A stretch of DNA of 64,000 nucleotides from Thalia democratica (taxonomy: Eukaryota). The notes under the pieces were generated by a model. That model made no database searches. It saw nothing but the letters and a program-made list of their open reading frames with translations, and had not been told where the DNA came from. A program made the position numbers and the translations under genes. Location of the stretch: positions 21,576,001 to 21,640,000 of the forward strand of contig OZ241834.1 in assembly GCA_965202585.1 (NCBI GenBank). Direction: 5' to 3'. Every line of letters starts with the position of its first letter. Positions within the stretch are counted from its first letter, which is position 1. Below, in pieces: positions 51,634-64,000 of this stretch.

Positions 51634-52172
51634 ATAAAAATGGCGACCTTTGAATTTTCAGTTGCAGTTCAAATTATATGTGGCAAATATTACAAAAACA
51701 TTTGTGAAAATTTTTAAGTGATTTGAAGAAGCAGAGGTAGAGGAAAAATCAGTTTTTCTGAAACCAACCCTTATGTAAATTTTAAGGGACTATAAAAGTT
51801 TGAAACTCAAGTTTTTGGTTGGGAATTTTTCTATATGTAGCAATTATCAAACAAAAATGTTCTATGCCTTTTAAAAGCTCTGAAGAAAGTTTTATGGAGG
51901 CACTTCTTAATTTTCTAAAAAAACTTAAGATTACTGAAAAAAGATAAGAAATACAGAAACTAAAAAAATCCTCTATAAAACTTTTAAACCAAAAACTTAA
52001 ATGTCAAATTTAAGGTACTATACAATTTACATAGGGATTGTTTTCAAAAATACTGACTTTTCCTCTACATCTGCGTCTTAAAATCATCTAAAATTTTTCA
52101 TGAAGTGTTTTTGTGATACTTGCCACATGTAAATTGAACTGCAGCCGAAAATTCAAAGGTTGTCATTTTTAA
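51634..52172. mobile_element. Foldback/MITE with ~200-bp diverged inverted arms; preceded by a tagggcggcca...tggcca element (~51314-51625)
   Basis: aaaaatggcgacctttgaattttcagttgcagttcaa... pairs with ...ttgaactgcagccgaaaattcaaaggttgtcattttt. Confidence 0.7.
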
Positions 52173-53291
52173 AATTATTGTACTAATTACAAATTAATAT
52201 TACCTTAATAGTTTTAAAGTTAAAAAAAATTTCAAATCTTTTTTTTTGTCAAAAAATATTTTCTAGATTGGTAGTTTTTTTTTGACTTTTACAACAGCAA
52301 AAATATAGTATATGTTAGTTTTTTCAAATAAATTTTGTCTTAACATAATAAATTTTATAAAAATAGTAACCATTGTAAAAGTCATTTAAAAGGAGAACTA
52401 TGTACTCTATAAAATATTCAAGTGTATTTTAAAATTTGAGAATTGATTTGTTGATTTTTTAAATTATACTTCATAAAAATATATAACTTTGTCTATATTT
52501 ATAATATAAAAAAACAACTAGTTTTCAAATCGTTTACTTAGTTTCGATGCTAAATGCATCTCCTCAGAACTATAATAAAGAACAAAGTAAGATTTTTAAA
52601 GAATAAAACAAAAAAACACATTGTGACGTTTCAAATAAAATTGAATAATTTTAGTTAGCCTATTTTAAAAACAACTTATGTACAAGTTAACTTATCTTTG
52701 TTTTGTTTGTTCTTGTTTTTAGATTTATTTTGTTGTTATTTTTTTGTTATTATTTAGTGGTTTTGGTTCTTTTGAAATACATATTTTGATTATGTAGGCA
52801 GGGTTGCTGCCTTTCTTTTCTTTTATTTAATGATAAATCTTTTTTAATTTTTTCAATCTCGTATTTTTCCAAGCAACATAAATGGCATGTTTTATTGTTT
52901 TTTGGTTTTGTTTTGGTTCTGCAGAGTATTTCCCATTTTAAATTATAGTCTTTTTTTGCGTCTTTTAATTCCCAAATATAGTTTGATAGTTCGGTATTGT
53001 GTCTTTTTAATTTGTTGGTAAAGCTTGCTTTATGGATGCTAACTTTGTCTATAAATATTTAAATACTTAAAGTTGTACAACAATAATTTTTAAATAAACA
53101 TTTTTTGCAATGCAGTTGTAAGTTGAGATACAGTCTATGAAAAAAAAAAAAGATTTAAGTTACCTATAGTTGAATAAATTTTTTTAGTTGCACACCAATA
53201 AAATTTTTATTTGTTTTTTTCTAGTGATTATATAAAGAAATGTTTTAATATTTTAACCCTGTAATGTGTACTTATTATAAATCACAACAAG

Positions 53292-56200
53292 ATGGAACCT
53301 GAACGTGATATGATAAAAGAATCTGAAAATATTGAGCTTGGATCTGAAGTGGAAAGTAGTCAAGGTGAGCCTCAAATTTTTATTTTCAAAAATCATTTAT
53401 TTTAATACTAATACTTTTGTTTTTGATGGGGTAAATTTAAAAATAACTGTTAAAATAGGTAGTATTAATTTACTTTTTGAATTTAGCAAAAGTTATAACC
53501 CCAGGGTCATTTTTCTACTTGATCTATTTCTCCTTGACTCATTATTATTTTAAACCATTTAGGTCAACTTGGTCAAATTAGTAAATTTAAATTGATGTTA
53601 AACAAAAACTTCTGTTTAAATAAATCTTTTTTTATTTGGTGAATCATATTTACCAAAATTTCTATCATACCATAATTTCTTAATAACCTAATTTCTTCAC
53701 AAACCAAAACAATTTAAGTATGCCAACACTTATATAACAATGTATAATGGTTTGTTGTTGAACATTTTCTATACAGAACTAATACTAAGGTCAAGGGGGT
53801 TTTGGAAATGAAAATTTACAATTTTTTGAAAGCTAACAACTATATAATATAAAATTGTTTTTATGCAATATAGAAGTTTAAATTATTTTTTGAAATTAGT
53901 TAATTAAAAAAAAGTTTGCAACAATAATGTATGAAAAATTAGTCGTTGGAGACTTTCTTGGAACTTTAAAAGAGTTGCTCAATTTTCTCTTCTTTTTATT
54001 TTTACAGAAATTCTCAGCAGATATTTTTTGCATTATAAAAAAAAATTATAAATAAAAAACAATTTTTATAAATTTATGACCAAAACTAAAAAAAATAACA
54101 ATTGTTTTTTTTGAGAAAAAATATGTTTTTATTCAAAATTAAGAAATAAGATTATTTATTATTTAGTTAATATGTTTTTTCCTTCATTTATTAAAGTAAT
54201 ATTTTATATATTTTAAAGTAAGTCATAAAATTTACTAATAAATGAATCATACAAAATGAAACTTTTAAATTTTACTATTCTTCAGCTCAAAAAATTTAAA
54301 AGTAGATAGATTTATGGAGAACTTTTTATAAATTACAAGGAAATTAATGACAAAAATTGTTGATTTTACATTCATATAAGGTTTGATCGTATCATTTTGA
54401 TTATCAGATCATTATCTATAAAATAGTATTTTTTTGTGTAACTTGATTTGCCTTGTTAAAAGAAATAATCATAAATGTTTTTATTTGAGTTTATACACTG
54501 ATGATCATTAGAGTACTCTTTAGTTTTAAAAAAGAAGTACTTTTATATTTTTCTTAGTACATTTTATTTTGGGTTTAGGTGTTGGTATTACTAAATAAAT
54601 ATATTCAAAATTATTACTAGTCTAAGTGAGAAAAAAAGTACTGTAAACATAATACACTGATAAAATTGCACTTATTTACAAAATATTTATACTTTAAAGT
54701 AATAAACGTTTTGTTTTATTTTGATAAGATTGCATAAATAGTTATTTTACTTTATTGATATGTTAGATTAATAAATTTTAAGTTATAAACTAGTCATAGG
54801 TATATCTATATATTTTTTAAGTTGCATGTATAACTAAACAATTTTGAAAGAAAAATCTTAAAATCATAAGTAATCAATAGTTAAAAACTAAAAAAAAACA
54901 CAAGATAAACATAACTTTTGATGATAAAGTAATCTTAATTTTTTCTTACTTTAGGTGGAGATTTACCAAAAATCAGGTCTGTAAAATGGAACCCACAGTT
55001 TGTCCCTGCAACATTCAACAGAGTTGCTAGAAGGTCGAACTATCCGTTGAAACGGTAAGTGTGTACTTTTAACCTTTTAGAATACAATAAAAGTTCTCTA
55101 TTTTTAAAAAAAGAGAGTAATATCACTTAAAGTTTAAAAATTTTGTTACCAAAACGACTTCACTTGTTTAAAATTAAAACAAGATTTCCAGTTGATTAAT
55201 AAAATTTTGATTGAATGAAATGTTCATATTGTAAATTAAATTTATAGTAAAAAGGTAAGTTTGAAAAAAAATACATATCTTAATTTTTAAACTACAGTAG
55301 CATGTGCTGTAAGTAAAAATGTTTTTTTTGTAACATGCTTTAATTTTAAAAGTTTATTTTGCAGAGATGTGTTCCTTGGAGCGGTTTTAGTACTTGCTGG
55401 ATACTTTTTTATTTTTTCTATTTATTCGTTTTCCCTGTCAGCAAGACTCGATGCTAATCTCTGGCTTCCAACGGCGCTTTGGTCTGCAATCACCTTCCTT
55501 TTGCTTGTTTCAGTTTTTTTAGTGTCTTCCCATTACAAGTTAGATTTTGTTTTTGATCAGTTTTTTTTAACTATATTTTTCCAGATTTTTTAAAAAGTTA
55601 ACGAACTTTTAATAATTAGAGCGTAAAATCATACTTTAATTTAATTTTTTTTTGTTGTTTTCTGATAATCAGAGCTGCCTTTTTAGTTATGTAAAAGATT
55701 AAGTATAAGTTTGTGATTTTTTAAATTATACAATATTTTAAACAAAGCATAAAAATATAGTCTTCATCTTATTTTAAGGATTGGTTTCTTTTGTTTTAAA
55801 GTTTTTTTGCACTTCGTTAGTTTAACATACTTAAACTTAGTTATGGAATTTTTGATCTTTGAAAGCGAATTTTTTATATTTTACAAATAAAAAAGTTTTA
55901 TATATATATATGACTTTGAAACTACGAATAAAAAGTATCAAATATAAATTAGTGATTTTAAATTTCAGTATATTAATTTCTCCAGTAATCTTATTTCGAT
56001 ATTACATTTGCCAGTGGTTAACATATAACTCGAGACACTTATAATCTTTACCTGCCTCTTGTTTTTCCTTAGAATAAAATATAAGACTATGAAATGAAAC
56101 TAATGTAAAAGTTATAAAAGTTAACAAGTTTTACACTTTTATCTTGTTTGAAACAACCCATTATTATGTTTTAACTACTTTATATATTTTTAATGCTATC

Positions 56201-59200
56201 AATAGGTGATTTTATGGGCGAATCAAATGTACAACATTGTTACTTTTGATGTAACAGTTTAACACACTAGGTAAAATTTTACACAACGAAGTGCAAAAAC
56301 CAGCAACTTTTTCACCAGAACCTTGCACCTGATACACACAAACAAATCACACGCGCTCCTGTTGCTGCTGATGACAATCACCACGCTGGCGTCTGCACTG
56401 TTCACCGGCCAGTCGACTTCCGCGGTCGGATCCTACACCCTGTTTTCGGCCACTGTGTTGCTCAGTTACAAGTTACCTGACTGTCAGACGCCTGCCGTTT
56501 TCGCGTTGAACGTCTGCTTTTCCATTGTTTTTGAGGTCAGCGCTTGCTTTGTTACTATCTTATCTTTTTTAAGGTATTTAAAAACTTAGTAAACTTAGCT
56601 TTAATAAAACAAAACTTGTCAAGAAAGTAATTTTTGATTGTAATAAGTGTAACCTTAAAAAAAGTTTTTTTATTCTAGAATTTTTTATCACAAAAAAGCT
56701 AATGTCTTTATAACAAAAGTTGAAGCGAAGTTTTACTTAGATATGAAGTATAAAAAAGTATACGTAGGAACTCTTAAAGCTTAACTTTTTTTATTACAGG
56801 TGTACTTATAAATTTTATCTAAAAGTTTTTTTCACACTAATTTATTAAGACAACAACTCATCATTTTGTTGCATATTAAAATAAAAAAATAAAAAACTTA
56901 TAACTTGTTTCTGTTTATCATAAAATACGTATAAAATATTTTGTAGATCAAAATACTTTAAAATAGTAAACATTTAATTAAAGTATTTTTAATGTTTTTT
57001 ATTTTGAGTTTTTTATAATAGAGTATGTTTTGCTGTTGTTGATTTTTTTCAGTTTAAATAGTTTTAAAATTTCTTGAACAGGCTACTTGATTTAAGTTTT
57101 TATTTATTTTATTTTACAGTGTTTTAAATTTGAATTTATCTACTAACTACTTGAGCATTTATAAAGTATTGTTTACTTTAAAATGAGATTTTTAAGAAGG
57201 TCATTCATTCTTTAATCAAGATTTTAAATAGTAACAAAATCGTAAACTATTTTCGTTCTAACTCAATTTGAAATAAAGAATTTAATTTTTGTGATTGTTA
57301 TTTATTAACTTCCTTTATATTTTTTTAAATATGGCCATTTTTTGTTTTGTTTAACATCCGGAAAAAAACTATTATTAGCCTGAATGGTTATCTAACTATT
57401 AAATATTAAATTTTTTTAGCTTTAGACTAAAATTAGTTCTAAATTTATTTTTAGTCTCTAGTTTAAATAAAAATTCAGTTTAAATATTTTATGAGTAAAA
57501 TTACATTTTCTGTTGAAAATTAAAAACTAAATACCGAGACCAAATTTAGTTTAGAATAGTATTGTTGAGCACAATTATTATTATAGTTTGGGTATATAAG
57601 GCATAAACTAGGTATTTCTAACAAAAACTTTTAAAATTAAGTAACTTGTTACAAAAGAAGACTTTCACAATTTCTAATTAAATGTAGTAGCAAGTCAGTT
57701 TACTAGACGTTGTGTGCTTTCATTTATGTAACATTTTGATCTTAACGATTGGCTGAGTTCAAGTTTGCAACTCAACAACATCTGTATCCGCTTGAATTAA
57801 AACTTAGTGTTTATATTTTTGCAGATACTAATGAACGTGCTGGCGAATAATTGGGAATCTTCGCCCAATTCGGTTGTTTTCCGGTCAGCTTATCACCTCA
57901 TTATCCACATTGTTGGAATATTTCTCTGTCTCAGACTGAAAAACCTGCACTGTCAAATATTTTTGAAGGTCAGCTTGATAAATACTGTTGCGTGAAGTTG
58001 TAATTTTAAGGTTAAGCAAGTTTTAACAAGTATGCTTACAATGAGTTTAAACATTTAATTTGACTAAACAATTTTTTATATCTGTGTTGAATACAAAAAA
58101 AAGCTTTTAATCTTCCAATCGAAAACTGTTTTACAAGTTAATTAAGTACACATAGTTTTTTATCTTTCATACTAGTATATTATAAAATATTCTTTACCCA
58201 TTTCTTTAATTCTAACAATAATTTTTCTTTTATGCTAAAATAAAGTAGCAAAGTTGTTTTCATTTTAAAAGTTAATTGTTTACCAAATAAATTACGAAGT
58301 AAACAAATACTGATTTTGAATGAAAAACTTTTAAATTAACTTAAAGTTGAACGTTTTTACACTTTTTACCATTTCAGACCTTAAGTTCTAAAAAAAGAAA
58401 AAAATGATGCTAATAAAAAAAAACCTACATTAAACATTGATACTGTTAGAACTTAAAACGGCTATTTTTCACTCTCGCCCACCAAATTAATTTTAAAGTA
58501 TATCAGCTCAATTCAACGCGCACTTTCATCAACTACATCAGGGGTCGGCAAACTGCGGCCCGCAAGCCAAATGCGGCCCTCAAAGTCAAAATCTGCGGCC
58601 CGCGAGCTCCTTTTCAGCAAAAAAATATACATTTTAAAAATAATAAAAGTTATATTTTTTGTGATAAAAACTTACATTTAGGCTCTTTATTGAATAAATA
58701 CTCTTTTTTCAATAAAGTCTAGTATTGCTTAATTTGTTATATTTTTGATTATAAATAATATTTTACTACTGATTGCTAGAATAAATTTTAGATAAATCCG
58801 GCCCTCGAACTTTTTTTTTTGTAAATAGTTTAATAAATTTTTCTAAGAAAATTAGCCCGCGAGTCACATAAGGCTTCCGACCCCTGAACTACATCTTTCT
58901 CAATATCAACAAAAAATTCACTTTTCTGCAGGTTTGCAGCGCGGTGCGGGGGGCGCAGGAGGAGAACCGGCAGAAGGCGCTGAAGAAGCTGATGATCAAG
59001 TCGGTGATGCCGCCGTCGATCGCCAGCAAGGTGCTGAGGGAGGAGGGAGCTGACAGCGAAGTGAACCAGAAGGACATCAAGAGGTTCAGGAACTTCATCA
59101 TGCAGCAGTTGGTTGTTTTGACTTTTGTGTTTTCCTTTGAAACTGTTTTGCAGGGTTTAAACTGGAAGTGGTGATTATTTATGATTTTAAATGTTTTTTT

Positions 59201-62200
59201 TAGTCAATTTATATGTTCTTTATTCTCTAGTTGTGCAATTTTCTAGTATTTGAAAGTTTTACAGTGTTTACTTCGTCATGCAGCAGTTAGTATTTAAATT
59301 GTCTTTCCATTTGTATTATGGATCACAGTAGTATTCTCCTTCAGTTAGAATTGCGTGATAAGTTATGTTTTTAATTATATATTTTTCATTACGAAATTTT
59401 TATGTAATACAATGTGATGTTTCAAAATGCTTCTACGGGCGTAAATCCTTAAAAAGGAAGGTTTTTTACTGATAGTTTTTTTAGTCATTTTATTTATTGT
59501 TTCTATTTCTGTTCTGCACTTAGTCGTGTGATGCGTTGTTTTGAACTTTCGATAGATTCGTTTAAAACCGTTTTGACGGGTTTAAATAGGAAATGATGAA
59601 AGTTTATAATTGTAAATGTTTCGTTTTTAGCCAATGTCTTTTTTTTATTCGTTAGTTATTGCTACTAAAAGTTGTTCACTTTTCTTCAAAATGTTTGACA
59701 GTGTTTATGTTTTTACAAAACTATAAAATACAAAACAATTTTTACAACAACATCAGCTTGTCATCAGTTTCTTACCGTGCTGCTGAGTTTTCAGTTGAAG
59801 ATTGCATTCTGTTTATTTCACATTTGTTATCAATTGAAATAATTTAAAAATAAAAGTTTCTATTTATACGCCACCCACGTTTTGCTTTGGTTTTAATCGA
59901 ATTTTCCATCATCAGCTTATATATAAAAATATGTTTATGCAGAAGTTTTATTGCTAAGTGTAACTAAACTAATAAAAATTTGCTATCTTGCTGATTTTGG
60001 AGAAAGTTACAATTTATTTAAATATTAATTTTTTGAAAAAAAAAGTTATGCTAAAGTTTTGTAATTTGTTGTTAAAACCATATTCTTTTTTGAACTAACC
60101 ATAAGTAATTGTTGATTTAGAATTTGTTGATGGAAAATTTATTATCTTTTAATACGTGTATACACAGTCCACACTAAATAATAGAGAATAATAAATCATT
60201 TGATAATCAATGCAATATTGTAATATTTATAACTTATGATTCACAGTCCTTTGTTTAGAATTTTTTTACAAGTATTATATAAATACTACGAAATTGATGT
60301 AAACTACCATCATGAGTATTATAGCGATAAAAAGAATTCAAACATAGTGTTCGAGGCAGTTTTCGTGACATTACTATCACAAAACAATCAAATGTATCAT
60401 CAAAGTATTGTGCTCTACTAAGCAACTTAAAATCACAACATTTTTGTAAACAAACAACAAGTCGTTGTATAATATTTTAAAAAGGCTACGAAAGTTAGAA
60501 ACTTTTGCTTTCATACAAAATTCGATATTTAAACTACGAAAATAGTGAAATTGTTTAAAACTGTACAAATTAAACACATAAGTTTATAGTATTTTGGTAA
60601 ACAAATAACGAGTTGTTGTATATTTTTTTTAAAGGTTATGAAAATTATAAACTTTTCCTTTTATACAAATTTAGATATTAAACTACAACAATAGTGCAAC
60701 TGTTTACTAAGAGAGTACAAATTAAACATAAAGAACATTGCAACCAAGTAAACACAACAACAGGATGGACAACGTGTCGATACTGTACGCCGACATCGTG
60801 GGCTTCACCAAGATGAGCTCCAACAAGACGGCTGCCGAGCTGGTGGGTCTCTTGAACGATTTGTTCGGCAGGTTCGACCAACTGTGCGTGGAAACCGGGT
60901 GCGAGAAAATCAGCACGCTCGGTGAGTTGAAAAAGTTTGAAAAAAATATGAAATTTTTGTGCTAAGTCAGGGTTGCCAAAAAAAAGTGGAAAAATCTGGA
61001 AAAACCTGGAATTTGACAGTTTAGGCTGAAAAAACCGGGAAGAACCTTGAATTTTTAACAATTTTAAGATGTTAAGTAGTAAAACTTCGATTTGACTCGA
61101 AAAACTTATCATATAAATAAAACTTTTTTGTCATCATATTATTTTTATTAAAACACACATTTAAAGTAGCTTTACAGTATCTTTTCAATGTTTTTGTACT
61201 ATTTAACACAGTTTATTACCTTAAACATAATTTTAAACTAAATGTAGATCCAAAAATGTGTACTTTTAAAAACCTGGAAATAAACTTGCCAAAAGCATTT
61301 GGCAACCTTTACTAATGTTTTAATGCCTCGGAAAAATAGCTCGTAACAGTTGAAATCGATTGGTGCTCATTTAAAAGTTTTTTTTGTTGCCCATTCTGTT
61401 TATTTATTTTATCTTTCTTAAAAATGCTCACTTTTGATATTAAACAACCTTCCACAACATATTGCGTTTTCAAGTGTTCCTGTTACGCAACCGTCGTTTT
61501 TCAATCTGAAAATCGTTGTTTGTTTACACTTGCGAAGATCCAACGCAAACATGGAAGGAAAACCTCGGCGCTTACGCAGCTCAGTTACGTCAGCTGGTTT
61601 CACACCGCTCAAAAAAATCGCTTTATGACGTATCAATTTCACGGGGTGAATATTTAATTTGAAAAATTTAATTTCAGCATTTTCCGTGGCAATTGTTGAC
61701 GTTGAAATGCTTCGCAGGCAGAGTTATTATAAAAGCCCTGTACGTACAATTTTTTAAATTAAAATTCAACGAGCAGACTCAATTTTGAAATATTTTATCG
61801 TACAATTATTTTTAATTTTTTTTTTAATCTTGAAAACACTCAGAAAAGCTAGATGAAATTACCACTCGAGTAAATAAAACATAGCAAAAAAAAAATTCAC
61901 TTCGAAATTCTCACAAGTTTGAATGTTTTTACTGCGTAGCCATAAAATAGTTCCACGCTCACTCAAATAAATAAAAGCAAAATCTTTGGGTAATAAAAAT
62001 GTTATTTAACATTTATTCTCACAGGTGATTGTAAAAAGAATTTTTATTGCTGTCAAGCCATAAAAATTTTCATGCTCACTTATACAAATGAAAACTAAAT
62101 TTTCGTGTAATAAAAATACTTATCAAAGTTATTTTTCAAAGGTGACTGTGTAGCCACGAAAAGTTCAGGCTCACTCAAATAAACACTAACAAAACGTGTA

Positions 62201-62311
62201 TGTAGTAAAAACCTTATATTAATATTTTCACAGGTGACTGTTACTACTGCGTTGCCGGATGCCCCCAACCAAAGCCGGACCACGCGCAGTGCTGCGTCAA
62301 CATGGGACTCG
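53292..62311 (+). CDS. ADCY9: Adenylate cyclase type 9-like, 5' part (N-terminus, M1 transmembrane block, start of C1a); gene continues beyond the window
   Basis: Phase-consistent exons: 53292-53364, 54955-55054, 55365-55538, 56304 (or 56292)-56535, 57825-57968, 58932-59107, 60764-60921, 62234-62311. KWNPQF resembles AC9 [18 protein letters not shown] and [60 protein letters not shown] match the AC9 subfamily ([16 protein letters not shown]). Confidence 0.9.
58539..58886 (+). mobile_element. hAT (Charlie/Buster-type) MITE in an adcy9 intron
   Basis: TIRs caggggtcgg / ccgacccctg, perfect 8-bp TSD aactacat (58531-58538, 58887-58894), GCGGCCC subterminal repeats. Confidence 0.9.
60450..60730 (+). 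repeat. Two ~150-bp diverged tandem copies immediately upstream of an adcy9 acceptor
   Basis: aaacaa(a/c)aac(a/g)agt(c/t)gttgtata...aaactac(g/a)a(a/c)aatagtg...gtacaaattaaaca occurs twice. Confidence 0.75.
60968..61310 (+). mobile_element. MITE with CAGGGTTGCCA termini; partial copy at 31761-31910
   Basis: cagggttgccaaa...ttggcaaccttt. The internal aaaaatctggaatttgaca.tttaggc...gtagtaaaa.tt.gatttgac is shared with 31761-31910. No clean TSD. Confidence 0.7.
61925..62245 (+). repeat. Three ~105-110-bp tandem copies, each ending in an acceptor-like site
   Basis: agcca(t/c)(a/g)aaa...gctcact(c/t)a.a.aaa...ca(c/a)aggtga(c/t)tgt is repeated; the last copy is the functional adcy9 acceptor at 62233. 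Confidence 0.7.
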
Positions 62312-64000
62312 GTGAGTTAACTACTAATATGCTGTAAATAGTTCACGGTGAAACGAGTTTTTGTGGTAATTAGCTCGTTGCGCGATCAAGTTGCGCTCGA
62401 AACAGACGAAAAGCTGTTTGGTGCGTTTGAATTATTCAAAAACCGCAAAGGTTAATTAACAATTGTGCCTGTGATGGTTTTATTTTGCTTGCGTACAAAG
62501 GCGAAATAATATTCAGTTTTTATTTTGTCTTGAATTCGTAAAGGCGCAGCGTAAAAATTTTGTGAATGCTGTTATATCATGTCCGCCCGTCTCATAGTTT
62601 TCATTAGGAACATTTAAAAGCTTTTAAACTTTGTGCTTCCCTCGAGAGGAAAAGGGTGGTGTTATGATGCACTGTGTTGAACTGTAGTCCTCCAGGGCCT
62701 ACAGAGCTACTTCAGTTCAACTAAAGCTCTATTTGCTACAAGCTACTTGTTTTTGTCGCAAAGTTGTTGAAAAAGATTATTTCGTTTAAAATTGAAAAGT
62801 TCAGTTCATTTAAACTCGTTTTGTGGCTGAAACCAAACTTTTGTTTAAGCCGCAATCAAGTTCGTCTGAACTTGGTTGTAGTCGTAACGTTTTTTGTAAA
62901 ACGTTAAATAAAACATTGCTCTTGTGCTGCATAAAAGTTTTATTAGTCAAACAAAAGTTTTTTTGGCATTCAAAGTGTGAAAAAATATCGTGTTTAATTT
63001 ATTTTAGTTCGTGTTATTCTATCATTTTTTTTTTACTTTTAATGGAAAATAGATAAATAAGTTGTTATACTTATACAACAATAATAAAAAAATATTTTTT
63101 TTTGCTAAATAATCGGAACTTTGGTGTTGTAAAAACTGATGTATATATTTTTAGGAATATATTTTATAAAACAAACAATATGTACAGTACATTTTTAGCG
63201 TATATATTATACATTTAAAATTTTAATAAAACTCAAAGTTTTTGTAATGCAATTGTTCCAATACTCTATAAGGTTTACCAGTTCTTCAGTCACTTAAATT
63301 AAAAAAACATAAAAAAATGACTCTTTCTGAATAAGAGTACTACAAGTATTATTAAATCATTAAATAATTAGTTTTAAAGCAGACACTCTAGAATGACATA
63401 AATGTTAAAAGTTATTCAAATTAACACTTAAAAAATTATACTACTAGTTACCGTAACGTTTTTTTATTTAATTTAAAGCTACATTTTAATTTTACTTTGC
63501 AATCTCATTTTGTTCTATTGTGTACCTTTTGATTTATGCTTTGTTTAATAAAAAAACTGACGAACCGGTATTATTTTACAGTCTAGTATAGAATTTGTAT
63601 TACAAAAACGTTATATTTTGTTTAAAATATATACTAGCAGCAACTATATGTTGTAAAGAGCCTCTCTATTTTAATATTAGCTTAAAAAATAAAGATTTGT
63701 ATATTAAGATATAATGTCAACTGTTTCTTGAAAATGCTATTAAAAGTGTATATAACGACTTACAACTTTCTGCATGGCAATTGAAGCACTTCTTTCCCAG
63801 AGCTTAAAAGCTTCAAAAAAATAAGTTGAGTAAAATAAGAACTGGTTTTATTTTAATTTAAAGCCCTCTTCCAATTGAAGCACTTGTTCGATTTTTAATT
63901 CTTTAAAAATATATCCATCCACTGGAGTGGTTTGTATATTTAATTGCCTTAAAACTTTATGATGATTAAAAATAACCACTGTGACGTCATAACAACTAAA

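Noticed and set aside
61400-61740. GC-elevated intronic island with TATAAAAG and short ORFs as a nested gene or internal promoter
   Set aside because: No coherent ORF, exon structure or RNA-gene fold that I can support. It may be regulatory, but the evidence is only compositional.

Overview
AT-rich, intron-containing animal genomic DNA. It is probably an invertebrate chordate such as a tunicate; that is inference, not a search result. The ORF track ignores introns, so I rebuilt the genes by hand from GT-AG boundaries and reading-frame phase. The + strand carries three genes. (1) A Hox2/proboscipedia-class homeobox gene (exons 8503-8650 and 11202-12192); its 5' hexapeptide exon was not found and probably lies upstream of the window. 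(2) A 20-exon, ~1141-aa tropomodulin/leiomodin-family gene (15899-29127) with two WH2-like motifs and a long extra tail. (3) The 5' part of an adenylate cyclase type 9 gene (53292 to beyond the window end). No Hox1 follows Hox2 within 52 kb. Between Lmod and adcy9 lie an unknown minus-strand membrane-protein gene built from a duplicated exon module (36018-37982), a decayed ~1-kb coding exon (~44900-45893), a Penelope-like GIY-YIG retroelement remnant, a 3.36-kb hAT/Buster deletion derivative and many MITEs. Highlights: minimal type-I hammerhead ribozymes whose C3-G8 core pair is swapped to G3-C8 (one at the Penelope 3' end, one in a divergent inverted pair upstream of the Hox2 homeobox); candidate DR2-RARE, Pbx-Hox and Pbx-Meis modules in the Hox2 locus; relaxed splice signals; and repeated short tandem duplications that copy splice sites.
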